Part shown: positions 10,131-21,256 of the stretch, in pieces
How positions within the stretch are numbered: position 1 is the first letter of the stretch
How the letters are laid out: every line of letters begins with the position of its first letter
IMG/VR virus record: IMGVR_UViG_3300007554_000005
Location: 5,379-69,378 of that record
Strand: one strand, 5' to 3'
Length of the DNA: 64,000 nucleotides
Source of the DNA: a virus
Program-made: the position numbers and the translations under genes
The notes under the pieces: generated by a model
What the model saw: the letters and a program-made list of their open reading frames with translations, nothing else
What the model was told of the DNA's origin: nothing
Databases searched by the model: none

Positions 10131-13100
10131 ATGTTTCAAAATACAGATCTTGAGTCCTACCTAACAACATCATCAACTGTAAGCAGTGATAGTCTTGTGT
10201 CTGCAGAATGGAACATGAATATTGCAGACAACATCCTGCAGGTTGGTAACTATAGATATAGGCCCTCGGAAAGAGCTTCCCTGCCAGCATCTGCACAGTC
10301 TATCTATGCCGTAGCCAACAATACTTTTGATAGCGATGACGTAGGGAATTACTATACTGATGCAACTTATTCAGACATAGTCATTGATGGCGGATTCGAT
10401 GATGACGATACACCCACAACCTTTAAGTCTAGAAGGCAGAAGGAGCAGATGCTCTATTCTCTCGAAGACTGCTTGGGAAGATTTAGGCCACGTTCAGGTA
10501 TCAATAAGATTAGATATTTTAACAATAACTTTATTCACTTTGCTAATAGCAGTATGGCAACTCGGCCAAGATATTATATGGGGCACAGGGACGACAAGTT
10601 TAAATATTGGACATCCTATCGCATAGATGATAACGTCGAACGTGGTATTGGAAATCAGTTAATAAACGGTTCATATTACATAGACGATGCAGCACCATTT
10701 GTTGTGTATAAAAATCCAATTCCTGCAAACAGGCTTGTAGTAAAAATGCAAACCAATGTTGGAGGATCAGACCTAGGACCCTTCTACAGCGGCTCAGGGG
10801 CCTTCTCAGACCCTTTCTACGGTGACCAGAACATGACAGTACCCTCTAAGTGGTCAGTACAATACCTAGATAATGATATTTGGATAGATGCCATATCGTT
10901 TAGTGAAAGCTCAACCAGAACAGATGGCTCAAGAATAATTAAATCAGACGGCTATGTTGAGCTACAATATGGCGTAATCATTCCAGAAAAATATAAGAAT
11001 TCGTTTTTCCTTGTTGGAGAAATCTTTTCTGAAAAAGTGTTGCCAGAAACAGCTGCAGATGGTCAGTCTTATCTAGTTAAAAGACCAACTGACGTCACTG
11101 GAACATTTTATATATGGCAAGATTCGTCAGGCTCCTTCGAGTCATTTTCTCCAACTTTTGGCTGGAGCCTGGTAGAAGATGAGTCAGCTAATAATGTGTC
11201 AAATTTTGTTAACACTTTGGTATCTCCACCAGAATACACTGACCCAGTAAGCGGACGTTCTGGTTATACAGAATTCCAAGAAATATCTGGAATAAGAATC
11301 CTGGTAGATACTATGAATAAGTCGGATGCAACCTTTGATCTAATTGAGATGTCTCCAAGACTAGTGGCAGACTTGACAGATATGACAAAGTCTTTTACAG
11401 TAAATAAAACTGCTTCAGATCTAGGGGTCACTGGATTGCCAGTAGGTCAGCTTCTAGCATCTACGGGTAGCCTAGAGCTGTTTGATACTGAACTAGCATT
11501 TAGCTCGGTAAATTCAGACAGCATAATTCAAAGCTTTATATCACAAAACTTACAGATAAAGCTATATGATATTATTAAGAATTTGGATGGGTACAAGTAC
11601 CACGTTCCACTAAAAACATTTTACGTAGATGGCATGGCAGAGACAAATGTGCAGACAAGGTCTACAGACCTAGTTTTAAGAGATCTATTCTTTCACCTAG
11701 AGTCAATTTCAGCACCAGAGCTAATGATACCAGATACCTCTCTAAGCTATGCAATATCTACAATCTTGGACTATGTTGGTTTTTCAAACTACACAATTAA
11801 AATGCTTGATGGTCAAGCAGAGCCTATCATTCCATATTTCTTTGTAGATTCAAATCAGACCCTAGCCGAGGTCCTAGAAAGCCTGGCGGTTTCAACACAA
11901 AGTGCCATGTTCTTTGACGAATATAATAACTTTGTAGTGATGACAAAAGAGTATCTAATGGCAAGTGAGGGCGATCGGTCTACAGACATAACGCTGCTAG
12001 GCAGCCGAGACTCTCAGGCTGCAGGTGCTTACAAGAACCTGTCAAACGGATTATCTAAGGCAAACATTATAGAGATTGCCTCTAAAGAAAACCGTGTATA
12101 CAATGATGGAATTGTTAGGTATACTCCAAGGTATATTCAGAAAAACTACAAGAACATTGGATCTGCAGACAAGTTACAAAGGGACATTAACTGGGTATAC
12201 AAGGCATCAGAGCTTTGGGAGGTAGCCCCAGAAAGCAGTGTAACTTCACAGAATGAAACACTTGGAACGCAAGAGTCTTATACGCTAGGGGCATACCCAA
12301 TCAATTCGGACATCCCATCCTCAGAGCCATCAGTATACAATGGTGCAGTAATCAATAACACAATTGACATTGGCGAAGCAGTCAACTTCATGGCTAGGTA
12401 TAGCGGTTACCTGTATGCAAATGGAGAAATTATTAAGTTTGACGCTGTTCAGTATAGCGTGCCAGGACTGTCGGAAATAGAGTCAACCGATGGGAATGTT
12501 TGGATTACAAGTGTAAAAGATTACCAAAAGTATTTTGCAAAGATTCCATTTAACGGAAAGATGTACCCTACTGGTTTGGTTAGAATATTTACAGAGCCAG
12601 AGTACGAAGTCGTCGATGGAGTGACAAGGCTTAAGCCAGGTTCAATAGCTAGAAATGGAAGAGCCCAATTTGGTACACAGATTACAGAACACTCTGCAGG
12701 ACTAGATTCATATTGGCATGACAACGCTAATGTTAAAGGCTGTAAGATGCGTGCCAATCTCATATTCGGCATTGAGGATTCTAGCAATATAACTGCAGGC
12801 CTACGTGGCGTAACACTAGAAAGCGGAGCAGCTGGAACCGATAGAGCTGTCGGTGTTGCAAGCTCTAGGAATGGAATTATAAAGAATTATCTAGCATCTA
12901 ACTTTCCAAAAGATGTAAATGTTGATAGGCTACTGTCAACACAGACAGGAACTGTCCAAGCATCAGCACTAGTAATGACTGGTGGAAACTTTGCCAGTAC
13001 GCAAGACCCACTTAATTATATCTCCTATGTTCACAAGCCACTGTCTGATAACTTCAAACATTTTGGGACTAGGCTTAGGATTGTTGGCAAGAGTCAGAAC

Positions 13101-14459
13101 AATGAGATAAACTTTCAGACGCCTTATGGAAGCACACCATATTACAATGGAGTTAGCGGCGGTAGTGCAGGCCTCGCATGCCTGATCAATCCAGAAACTA
13201 ACAATGGATACTACTACGAAATTATAGCACTAGACACTGTCGACACAAAGAGTATTGAAAATAAAGACTCAATGTTTAATATTGTATTCTACAAAATTAT
13301 GAAAGATGCCACCACAGGCGAGGCAGTGCCAGTAATGCTTTGGGGAGGAATCACAAAGATAACGGTAGATAGCGGTGACTTCGTAGGTCAGTATAGAATG
13401 GTGGCAGAGGAAAATCCTAGCGTATATGATCTAGCGGTAGAGTATGAAGATATCGGCACGACAAGAACCTTTTACCTTTATCTAAATAATAAGCTTATCA
13501 GAACTGTAAATGATCTAAGTCCACTGCCAGTATACAATAACATGGCACTATTTATACGTGGAGCATCTCGTGCAATGTTTGAAAATATATATGCTATCGG
13601 ATCAAACTATTCTCAAAACCCATCTTTAGCAGTTGATCTGCCAACGAGCACAGCTTTTAGCTCAGGAGAGATAAGCCTCAGCGAGTCATTCAGAAAGTAC
13701 TCAATGAGCGGCATCGTGCAATCTACAGTGCTGTCTGGTATAAGTCCAGCAGAAGATCCTAAGTACAACCTATACTTTGATGAGTTTGGAACAATTATGA
13801 GAGAGGCTGCTTACTTTAATGTGAGATATGAAAAGGCATATCCAGCACTATATGCAAGACTAGCACCAACATTTAATAGGATTAAGACATATACCGTCTC
13901 TGGCTTTATGGCAGGGGCATATGGAGCAGAGTTCATGGTATTTAACGCAACTGACTCTACCATAGACCTAAGCGAAAATAGCGGAAACTATCTTAAGATT
14001 CAGGGAATTGCATTCACCCAAAAGTCATCTAATGAGTTAACCGTGGACTCACATTTTTCCAATAGAGGATCATTTTATGATTCGGCAGTATCCAATGATC
14101 CAGAGAGCATTTCTCCAATTGTCTCTAGAGAAGAATACAACAGAATTAAGAATAGTCGGATTAAGTATGGTAAGAATGAGTTTGTCTTAGATGCATCCTA
14201 CATCCAAAGCCAGGACGCAGCCTCTGACATGATGGAATGGATTGTGTCAAAAATAATGAAGCCTAGAGCTTCCCTTGGAATAAAGGTCTTTCCTAATTCC
14301 ATGATCCAGCTTGGAGACATCGTAAAGATTGAATACAAGTCAGACTCGGGAAAGGACCTTGCGATTGATTCCACTAAGCGTTTTGTAGTATATAATATAG
14401 AATATTCCAGAATGTCTTCTGGTCCAGAAATGACGTTGTATGTAAGCGAGGTGTCATAA
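10131..14459 (+). CDS. large minor tail/baseplate hub-tip protein
   Basis: 1442 aa, beta-rich; C-terminal IQLGDIVKI-type tail-tip motif; tail module context. Confidence 0.65.
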   Translation: MFQNTDLESYLTTSSTVSSDSLVSAEWNMNIADNILQVGNYRYRPSERASLPASAQSIYAVANNTFDSDDVGNYYTDATYSDIVIDGGFDDDDTPTTFKSRRQKEQMLYSLEDCLGRFRPRSGINKIRYFNNNFIHFANSSMATRPRYYMGHRDDKFKYWTSYRIDDNVERGIGNQLINGSYYIDDAAPFVVYKNPIPANRLVVKMQTNVGGSDLGPFYSGSGAFSDPFYGDQNMTVPSKWSVQYLDNDIWIDAISFSESSTRTDGSRIIKSDGYVELQYGVIIPEKYKNSFFLVGEIFSEKVLPETAADGQSYLVKRPTDVTGTFYIWQDSSGSFESFSPTFGWSLVEDESANNVSNFVNTLVSPPEYTDPVSGRSGYTEFQEISGIRILVDTMNKSDATFDLIEMSPRLVADLTDMTKSFTVNKTASDLGVTGLPVGQLLASTGSLELFDTELAFSSVNSDSIIQSFISQNLQIKLYDIIKNLDGYKYHVPLKTFYVDGMAETNVQTRSTDLVLRDLFFHLESISAPELMIPDTSLSYAISTILDYVGFSNYTIKMLDGQAEPIIPYFFVDSNQTLAEVLESLAVSTQSAMFFDEYNNFVVMTKEYLMASEGDRSTDITLLGSRDSQAAGAYKNLSNGLSKANIIEIASKENRVYNDGIVRYTPRYIQKNYKNIGSADKLQRDINWVYKASELWEVAPESSVTSQNETLGTQESYTLGAYPINSDIPSSEPSVYNGAVINNTIDIGEAVNFMARYSGYLYANGEIIKFDAVQYSVPGLSEIESTDGNVWITSVKDYQKYFAKIPFNGKMYPTGLVRIFTEPEYEVVDGVTRLKPGSIARNGRAQFGTQITEHSAGLDSYWHDNANVKGCKMRANLIFGIEDSSNITAGLRGVTLESGAAGTDRAVGVASSRNGIIKNYLASNFPKDVNVDRLLSTQTGTVQASALVMTGGNFASTQDPLNYISYVHKPLSDNFKHFGTRLRIVGKSQNNEINFQTPYGSTPYYNGVSGGSAGLACLINPETNNGYYYEIIALDTVDTKSIENKDSMFNIVFYKIMKDATTGEAVPVMLWGGITKITVDSGDFVGQYRMVAEENPSVYDLAVEYEDIGTTRTFYLYLNNKLIRTVNDLSPLPVYNNMALFIRGASRAMFENIYAIGSNYSQNPSLAVDLPTSTAFSSGEISLSESFRKYSMSGIVQSTVLSGISPAEDPKYNLYFDEFGTIMREAAYFNVRYEKAYPALYARLAPTFNRIKTYTVSGFMAGAYGAEFMVFNATDSTIDLSENSGNYLKIQGIAFTQKSSNELTVDSHFSNRGSFYDSAVSNDPESISPIVSREEYNRIKNSRIKYGKNEFVLDASYIQSQDAASDMMEWIVSKIMKPRASLGIKVFPNSMIQLGDIVKIEYKSDSGKDLAIDSTKRFVVYNIEYSRMSSGPEMTLYVSEVS

Positions 14460-14460
14460 T

Positions 14461-14934
14461 ATGGTTTCAGCTGAAGCAAACCTTCCAGAGTCTAGCTCTT
14501 CATCTTCTTCATCTGTGAAGGAAGCCACCCCAGACATTATTCTGGATGACCAGTCAATAGAGATAGATGAGGGTATCTTTAACATTGCCCTAGAGCAGTT
14601 GTCTGCTCAAGAGATCATAACCATATCTAGACACGATACAATTAACGGCCAAACAGTTGCTTATCAGCCAATTAAGAATCTCGCACAACTTGCTGTCAAG
14701 TATGGACCCCAGACAATAATTCCAGTACAGAATTCATCACGGGCATTTTTTAACAATTTCTCTATCAAGCTAGAGGACTACCTTCCCAATGAGGGCAATG
14801 GCCTAGGTGGACTTTATGTCTATATGAACTCAGAAAACTCTATTGTGATTGAGTTGGTTGGATTGGCAGAAGATGAGCAAGTTGAACTTCAGATACTAAG
14901 CTCAGGCCAGATTATTAATGATACAATATACTAG
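14461..14934 (+). CDS. putative minor tail protein
   Basis: 157 aa ORF tightly packed in tail operon. Confidence 0.5.
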   Translation: MVSAEANLPESSSSSSSSVKEATPDIILDDQSIEIDEGIFNIALEQLSAQEIITISRHDTINGQTVAYQPIKNLAQLAVKYGPQTIIPVQNSSRAFFNNFSIKLEDYLPNEGNGLGGLYVYMNSENSIVIELVGLAEDEQVELQILSSGQIINDTIY

Positions 14935-14942
14935 AGGAAAAA

Positions 14943-16154
14943 ATGATAACTAACACAGGAAAAGACATTCTAGCCAAGTACTTGATTGGCCACGTTCCGT
15001 CATACGCATCATATTTGGCTTTTGGCTGTGGTGCAGCACCGCTATCTACATCAGATAACTTTAACCTATCATCATACGAGCAGAAGGAAAGCCTAGACTT
15101 TGAGATGTTTAGGGCACCTATTATCTCTAGAGGATATGTTACTCAAAATGTTTTAGACGAGAACGGTGACGTTACGGTTGACGGCGATGGAAACCCAGTA
15201 CAGTATACCGAGATAGTTTTTACATCAGAGCTACCAACTTCAGAAAGATATGAGATTACGGAGATTGGTCTATACTCTGCAGGAACAAACCCAGTAACAA
15301 GCTCTAATCAAAGTAGAAATATTTATACATTTACTAACACAGAAAACTGGGAGTACCACACTAGCGTTTCTGCAACTGACATTCCTGTACACCCAGATAC
15401 TCTCTATAACCTTGCAGACGGAACTCCTGGAGGATTGGAGTCGAGTATCAATGTTGAAGAGAAAGTTTTCCAGGCAAATGCAGACGACATCGTGCTTGAT
15501 GACACGGTAAGAACTCAAAGAAACGAAAGACCAAGGTTTTTAAATAGCGTAATATTTATGCGTGGAGACACATCGTCAGTGCTTGGAACTGGAGATAATC
15601 TCTACGTAGAGTCAGATCCAGAAAGCGTTGACTACGATCCAACTCATATTCACTTAAATGGCATCCAGCTTGATCTGGATAAGTACTCTGCAAAGGATGA
15701 GCTCAGGCTCGCATTCTCAGTTATTAATAAGAATGCAGACAGCACTGCCCCAACAGATATTAAAATTATAGTGGAGTTTGCTACGCCAGAAGGCAGCGGA
15801 ACCCAGCAGTATGCCAGATTCAAGACTCACCTTCTATCTACTACAAGTGATTTTGCTAATAACAGATATTTTGTTGTAAGCAAAAGGCTGGAAGAGTTAG
15901 ACAAAAGCTCAGAGTTTTCCTGGCAGGGAGCGAGCGTAGTTAAGATTTATGCATCTGCCATAAGCGGAGGAGACTTCTCATCAGACTACTACATAGCACT
16001 TGACGCTATGCGTGTAGAAAACCTGAACTCCGTAAGCCCAGTCTATGGACTAACAGGGTACACAGTAACAAAGACAGACTCAGGACTCCCAATCTTAAAG
16101 GCACCAAACACTGCCAACCTTGTGGAATTTAGATTTGCAATGGATGTAGCGTAA
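14943..16154 (+). CDS. putative baseplate/tail structural protein
   Basis: MITNTGK..LAFGCG..ITEIGLY pattern typical of tail/baseplate N-terminal domains. Confidence 0.55.
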   Translation: MITNTGKDILAKYLIGHVPSYASYLAFGCGAAPLSTSDNFNLSSYEQKESLDFEMFRAPIISRGYVTQNVLDENGDVTVDGDGNPVQYTEIVFTSELPTSERYEITEIGLYSAGTNPVTSSNQSRNIYTFTNTENWEYHTSVSATDIPVHPDTLYNLADGTPGGLESSINVEEKVFQANADDIVLDDTVRTQRNERPRFLNSVIFMRGDTSSVLGTGDNLYVESDPESVDYDPTHIHLNGIQLDLDKYSAKDELRLAFSVINKNADSTAPTDIKIIVEFATPEGSGTQQYARFKTHLLSTTSDFANNRYFVVSKRLEELDKSSEFSWQGASVVKIYASAISGGDFSSDYYIALDAMRVENLNSVSPVYGLTGYTVTKTDSGLPILKAPNTANLVEFRFAMDVA

Positions 16155-16618
16155 TGGCCGATAGCAATATTAAAAAAATCATTATTCGTCAGTCAGAGCT
16201 GCCGCCTCTAAACACAGATGAAGAGAAGTATGTTGTAAGATTTAGGATAGTGTCGGAAGACAAGAACAGGGTTTCTCACTGGTCACCACAGCACCTTCTT
16301 GAGCCAAAGCCACTTGAGATTGCCGAGGACGACAGGATCTCTGTCACTAGTGGCAATGGACTATTGGCTATATCTTGGGAAGAGCTTGAGCCAGGATCAA
16401 TCGCACCTTATGATGTGTGGGTTGCTTGGGGTACGCAGTCTGGAAGCACTGGCTTGTCAGAGTTTAAAGCTACTGTAGCTGGAAACTATGTCACTATACC
16501 AATCCCAGATGGAAAGGTTTCTGCACAAGTCTTTATTCAAAACATGACTGTGCCAAGAAAGCAGCTGCCGTCCTTAGTTGTTGCTCAGACTAGCGTGCTA
16601 GACTTGAATGTGGTATAA
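16154..16618 (+). CDS. putative structural protein (beta-sandwich)
   Basis: TAATG coupling to upstream gene; YVVRFRIVSEDKNRVSHWSP. Confidence 0.5.
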   Translation: MADSNIKKIIIRQSELPPLNTDEEKYVVRFRIVSEDKNRVSHWSPQHLLEPKPLEIAEDDRISVTSGNGLLAISWEELEPGSIAPYDVWVAWGTQSGSTGLSEFKATVAGNYVTIPIPDGKVSAQVFIQNMTVPRKQLPSLVVAQTSVLDLNVV

Positions 16619-16625
16619 TTAAACC

Positions 16626-17066
16626 ATGGCCATTATTCCACTACCAGAGCGAGGACAACCGCTAGACCTTGCATATGTCTATCAGCTAGCTAATGCTATC
16701 AATGATCTGTCTGCACAGGTATCTCCATCTACTGCAAAGTATACAACAATTGATACTGCAGTTGGTAAACAGACCCTAAGGACAGCTGACTCAAAGGTTC
16801 TTGGCGGTATTATCCCAGTGACCAACAACAGTATTGTTACAGCTGGTAACGAGCGATCATTCTTTTATGACTTTCCAGCAGACTTTAAATACGCACCGAT
16901 TGCAACGGCAACGGCAGTAAATATCGGAGACACCCCAGCAGGTAAAAATGTTACAGTAATTCTTACTTCAGTAAGCAATGCCAGAATTGAGGGCATTGTT
17001 AGATTTGGAACATCTGGTGAGGTATCTATTTCTGTTAACTTAATCGCAATTGGTGTGCCTAACTAG
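16626..17066 (+). CDS. putative tail protein
   Basis: 146 aa, end of tail module; TATAAT-N6-ATG start. Confidence 0.5.
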   Translation: MAIIPLPERGQPLDLAYVYQLANAINDLSAQVSPSTAKYTTIDTAVGKQTLRTADSKVLGGIIPVTNNSIVTAGNERSFFYDFPADFKYAPIATATAVNIGDTPAGKNVTVILTSVSNARIEGIVRFGTSGEVSISVNLIAIGVPN

Positions 17067-17075
17067 TAGGAACCC

Positions 17076-17624
17076 ATGGCTCCCAATCCAAAGCGTGGGT
17101 ATAGGACTCGTGAAGAATATAACGAGGCCCCAATAATTCCTGGAAATAAAAAGGTATGGTTTTTAAATGGAGATTTGGTACGGGTTCATCATCTTAACAG
17201 GTCTAATGGAATTATGTCTGTTTATAATATTATTCAAGATAGAATTGAAAGCTGTCTTATCTCGGACTTTAAAAAGAATAGAAAACGTGCGTACACTGTT
17301 GGTGAAACAGCAGACCTAGTAAACAGACACAAGAAGTATATGCCAAGTCTAATGAAGCGTGGAGTTATTCCTCATCCAACTGGATCACAAAAGGGAGGAC
17401 AGACGGCGTGGCAAGTAAGAAGTTATTATTCTGAGACACAGGTGAGAGAAATTCGTGATATACTAGCTACCTACCATATGGGAAGACCTCGCAAAGATGG
17501 ACTTATCACTAATGATATAACACCATCCAATCAGGAGTTGACAAGGCGTATGGGCGATGGTATACTGACTTATACGAGAACAGAAGATGGGAGATTCATT
17601 CCAGTTTGGTCTGAATCAATTTAA
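17076..17624 (+). CDS. HTH DNA-binding protein (MerR-like)
   Basis: AYTVGETADLVNRH...RSYYSETQV helix-turn-helix/wing pattern. Confidence 0.6.
   Translation: MAPNPKRGYRTREEYNEAPIIPGNKKVWFLNGDLVRVHHLNRSNGIMSVYNIIQDRIESCLISDFKKNRKRAYTVGETADLVNRHKKYMPSLMKRGVIPHPTGSQKGGQTAWQVRSYYSETQVREIRDILATYHMGRPRKDGLITNDITPSNQELTRRMGDGILTYTRTEDGRFIPVWSESI
17538..17566 (+). promoter_or_regulatory. sigma70/SigA-type promoter within HTH gene driving replication genes
   Basis: TTGACA-17 nt-TATACT with extended TG. Confidence 0.65.
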
Positions 17625-17639
17625 GAGAGAGAATCGGGT

Positions 17640-17849
17640 ATGAATAACGAAGACACCAGGGTAAGGGTAGCACTTGGCTACACCCTAAATCTAGGAAATT
17701 TTCAGTCATTGCGTATTGACCTAGAGATTACAGATAGCAAGCGTGAAGGCGAGAATACAGATCAGGCATTTACCAGAATCTACGAGTACGTAGAGACTAA
17801 ACTGTCAGAGAAGGTACAAGAGGCCTCTGCGGAGCTAGAGAGTAAGTAA
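17640..17849 (+). CDS. small conserved-type phage protein
   Basis: 69 aa, LGYTLNLGNFQSLRIDL motif; TAATG coupling. Confidence 0.6.
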   Translation: MNNEDTRVRVALGYTLNLGNFQSLRIDLEITDSKREGENTDQAFTRIYEYVETKLSEKVQEASAELESK

Positions 17850-18157
17850 TGGCTGATCGCAAGGAACGTTTTGCCTTGCTGAGTCGCTACAGTAAACTTC
17901 ATACTGCAAGGTATGAGGAAAGACCGCAAGTCAATTTAAATGTTGAGCAATGGGCAGCAGATGCCTTAGTTGACTCATACGGTTTACAAGAATGCTACGA
18001 TCTGCTAGAATATTATTTTAGTGTAGCACCAAGTCCCAACTGGAAATACTTTGCACATTATGCTCAGGATATTATTAATCGTCAGCAACAGTATAAGCAG
18101 GATCTAGAAGAGCGTAAACAACGCAGACAACAAGCGAAGAAGTGGTTAAGTGAGTAA
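17849..18157 (+). CDS. hypothetical protein (possible helicase accessory)
   Basis: 102 aa, overlaps start of dnaB. Confidence 0.55.
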   Translation: MADRKERFALLSRYSKLHTARYEERPQVNLNVEQWAADALVDSYGLQECYDLLEYYFSVAPSPNWKYFAHYAQDIINRQQQYKQDLEERKQRRQQAKKWLSE

Positions 18158-19370
18158 TACAGAATCCAAACTAATATCAGCTGTCCTTAAGGATAAGCAG
18201 GTCCACGTGCTGCTTCAGGCAAACGTAGACAATCTGATGTCAAGCCACGGAGATATCTGGCAATTCATCAGAACATACTTTGAAAAAAATGGTGCTACCC
18301 CACCAGTAGATTTAGTCGTAGACAAGTTTAGAGACTTTCACCCAGAAGAGGGTGTCGGAGCTACGAAGCACCACCTAGAAGAGCTTCAGTCAGAGTTTAT
18401 GCATAACAGTCTTAAAGAGGTTCTAAGAACTGCTGCAGGCGACATTCAGGCTAATAAAACTACAGAAGCACTAGAAATGCTAATCTCTAAAACTGCAGAG
18501 CTCAAGAAAGGCTCAGCAGCAATTCGAGATATTGATGCCACAGACCTAGAGTCTGCAGTTGCATATTACGAACAACAGAAAGAGCTTGCAGAACTTGGCA
18601 TAACTGGAATTAAGACTGGCCTACCAGGCTTTGATGACTACCTTCCAGCTGGCATTATGCCAGGACAGCTTGGAGTATTCCTAGCTTATCCAGGTATTGG
18701 TAAGTCGTGGCTATCCCTATACTTTGCGGTACAGGCATGGAAACAGGGCAAGTCTCCAATGGTAGTAAGTCTTGAGATGAGCGAGACAGAAGTTCGTAAC
18801 CGTGTATTTACGATTATGGGTGATGGTCTATTCTCACACCGTAAGCTAAGCTCAGGTCAGGTAGATCTAGATATGCTTAAGAAGTGGCATAAGGAAAAGG
18901 TACAAGGAAAGCCAGAGTTTCACATCATCTCAAATGACTCAGGTGGCGAGGTGACTCCTTCTGTTCTTCGTGGAAAGATTGACCAGTACAAGCCTGACTT
19001 TATTATCGTAGACTACCTACAGCTAATGTCTCCTAATCAAAAGGCAGATAGCGAAACTGTTAGGATGAAGAATCTTTCTCGTGAGCTTAAGCTTATGGCT
19101 ATCTCAGAAGAGGTACCAATCATAGCTATCTCCTCAGCGACTCCAGATGACGTTACAAAGCTAGATACCGTTCCAACCCTAGGTCAGACTGCCTGGAGCC
19201 GTCAGATAGCCTACGATGCCGACTGGGTAATGGCTCTAGGGCGTGGACCTAACTCAGACGTTATTGAGTGTGTGTTTAGGAAGAACCGTAACGGATTTAT
19301 GGGTGAGTTCTTTGTGCAGGCTGACTTTGATAAAGGTTACTATAAGTACAAAGATTTTGAAGATAACTAG
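18150..19370 (+). CDS. dnaB: DnaB-like replicative helicase
   Basis: Walker A AYPGIGKS, SLEMS, IIVDYLQLM, AYDAD, KNRNG motifs. Confidence 0.93.
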   Translation: MSNTESKLISAVLKDKQVHVLLQANVDNLMSSHGDIWQFIRTYFEKNGATPPVDLVVDKFRDFHPEEGVGATKHHLEELQSEFMHNSLKEVLRTAAGDIQANKTTEALEMLISKTAELKKGSAAIRDIDATDLESAVAYYEQQKELAELGITGIKTGLPGFDDYLPAGIMPGQLGVFLAYPGIGKSWLSLYFAVQAWKQGKSPMVVSLEMSETEVRNRVFTIMGDGLFSHRKLSSGQVDLDMLKKWHKEKVQGKPEFHIISNDSGGEVTPSVLRGKIDQYKPDFIIVDYLQLMSPNQKADSETVRMKNLSRELKLMAISEEVPIIAISSATPDDVTKLDTVPTLGQTAWSRQIAYDADWVMALGRGPNSDVIECVFRKNRNGFMGEFFVQADFDKGYYKYKDFEDN

Positions 19371-19382
19371 TATAATGGTTGT

Positions 19383-19715
19383 ATGAGTTACGTACATCAT
19401 AGGCCTATTAAAAGGTTTAGCCTAGAAGGAATCATCCATGATGATTCTCAGATCATGCGTCTGAAGGCTGAATACGTTAGGCTATTATGGACAAGCATGC
19501 GAATGTCTGGATATGTTCCAAGATTGGATGTTGACTTAGACTTCACAACAAGCTATAATGAAAAAGCACAATATTTTGAATTTGAATTATCGGTATATGG
19601 AACTTATTTAGGGAAAAGAAAGAGCGAATGGATACTAGGACTAGACGGATCAAGAGCGATACATACTCACCAGATCAAATCAAGCGTGTACTCACAGGCA
19701 GCGGCCTCACAGTAG
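19383..19715 (+). CDS. hypothetical protein
   Basis: 110 aa; TATAAT-N6-ATG start; overlaps primase 5' end. Confidence 0.6.
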   Translation: MSYVHHRPIKRFSLEGIIHDDSQIMRLKAEYVRLLWTSMRMSGYVPRLDVDLDFTTSYNEKAQYFEFELSVYGTYLGKRKSEWILGLDGSRAIHTHQIKSSVYSQAAASQ

Positions 19716-20572
19716 AGACAGAGATTGATACTGACTATATCCTGTTTTGCCCATTTCACCCAAACCACAGAACTCCAGCAGGAGAAGTAGATAAATTTAA
19801 AGGTACCTTCTTTTGCTTTTCTTGCCACCATGTGGCTAGCCTTACAGAGCTGGTTATGCATGCAACAGGCAGATCCTACTTCGAGTCAATTAGATTTATT
19901 AAGGCTAGAGAACAGCAGACCAATATTCAAGAAGATGTCGCCAAAGCTTTGGTAGTAAAGCCAGACTATGTTCCATACGACAAGGAAGTTCTTCTTAGGT
20001 TAAACAATGAAGCCTTGTCTAGCCCTAGGGCTTTAGAATATTTTGCAGGTAGGAGTATAACCAAAGAGTCTATGTCTAAGTTTAAGCTAGGATACTCCTC
20101 CAAGCAAGACATGGTTACTGTACCAGTCAGTGCACCTGACGGCATGCCAGTTGGTTTTGTGGGCAGGTCTGTAGAGGGCAAGGTTTTTAAAAATACTCCA
20201 GGACTACCAAAAGCAAAAGTACTCTTTAACTTGCATAGAGTTAGAAACGAAGATACGATTTATGTGGTAGAATCTTCTTTCGATGCAATTAGGCTAGACC
20301 AGTGTGGGCTTCCTGCAGTCGCCACCCTGGGAGCTAACGTGTCAAACCTACAAATAGACTTGCTACAAAAATACTTCAATAACATTTATGTTGTTGCAGA
20401 CAATGATGAAGCAGGCGGTAACATGAAGACCAGGATCTATGAAAAGCTTAGTTCTCGTGTAACCGTGATTCAACTAGACAAACAATACAAAGATATAGGC
20501 GAAATGAATGACGACGAAATAAAAAAGCTCAACATATCGTTTGACAAGTCAATATCCGCCATGCTACAATAA
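19628..20572 (+). CDS. dnaG: DNA primase (CHC2 zinc finger + TOPRIM)
   Basis: CPFH...CFSC zinc finger; VVESSFDA and DNDEAG TOPRIM motifs. Confidence 0.92.
   Translation: MDTRTRRIKSDTYSPDQIKRVLTGSGLTVETEIDTDYILFCPFHPNHRTPAGEVDKFKGTFFCFSCHHVASLTELVMHATGRSYFESIRFIKAREQQTNIQEDVAKALVVKPDYVPYDKEVLLRLNNEALSSPRALEYFAGRSITKESMSKFKLGYSSKQDMVTVPVSAPDGMPVGFVGRSVEGKVFKNTPGLPKAKVLFNLHRVRNEDTIYVVESSFDAIRLDQCGLPAVATLGANVSNLQIDLLQKYFNNIYVVADNDEAGGNMKTRIYEKLSSRVTVIQLDKQYKDIGEMNDDEIKKLNISFDKSISAMLQ
20541..20570 (+). promoter_or_regulatory. sigma70-type promoter for ssb/dnaE
   Basis: TTGACA-18 nt-TACAAT with extended TG. Confidence 0.6.
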
Positions 20573-20594
20573 ATAAACAAAACAAGGAGAAAAA

Positions 20595-21248
20595 ATGAGC
20601 GTAATTAAAGGGCTAAAAGATATCAATGCACTGCTTGATAAGCCAAAGTATGACTCCAGCGGTCCAAAGGTTCGTTGGGTAAAGCTAGCAGACGGACAGT
20701 CCGCTAAGATTCGTTTTGCAGAAGAGCTAGATTCTGAGTCTGCTCACTATGCAGAAGAGCGTGGACTTTCTGTAGTCATTGCACAGCACACAAATCCCAA
20801 AGACTACAAGCGTATGGCAGCATGTACTCAGGAGTCTGAGGGTCGCTGCTTTGCTTGCGAGATGGCCCGTAAGGAGCCAAAGGCTGGCTGGCGTTCAAAG
20901 CTACGCTTCTACTGCAACGTGCTAGTAGATGACGGGCTAGAGGATCCATATATTGCTGTATGGTCCCAGGGTGTAAGCAAGCAGTCTGCATTTAACACCA
21001 TTCGTGAGTATGCACTAGAGACTGGAAGCATTTCCAATCTTACGTGGAAGCTAAAGCGTAACGGTCAGGGAACAGAGACAAACTACACTCTTATCCCAAC
21101 TGGACCAGACTCTGAGCCATACGACTGGTCAACTCACGAGTTCCACAACCTAGAAAAGGTTGTAAGGGAGATCCCTTATCCAGAGCAGGAGTCCTTCTAC
21201 TTTGGATTTGATGCTCCATCCGTAACCTCTACCAATATCGACTGGTAG
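20595..21248 (+). CDS. single-stranded DNA-binding protein (gp32-like, Zn-binding)
   Basis: H...C..C-x2-C ligands, KRNGQGTETNYTL, aromatic C-terminus; between primase and polymerase. Confidence 0.7.
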   Translation: MSVIKGLKDINALLDKPKYDSSGPKVRWVKLADGQSAKIRFAEELDSESAHYAEERGLSVVIAQHTNPKDYKRMAACTQESEGRCFACEMARKEPKAGWRSKLRFYCNVLVDDGLEDPYIAVWSQGVSKQSAFNTIREYALETGSISNLTWKLKRNGQGTETNYTLIPTGPDSEPYDWSTHEFHNLEKVVREIPYPEQESFYFGFDAPSVTSTNIDW

Positions 21249-21256
21249 GGGCTAGG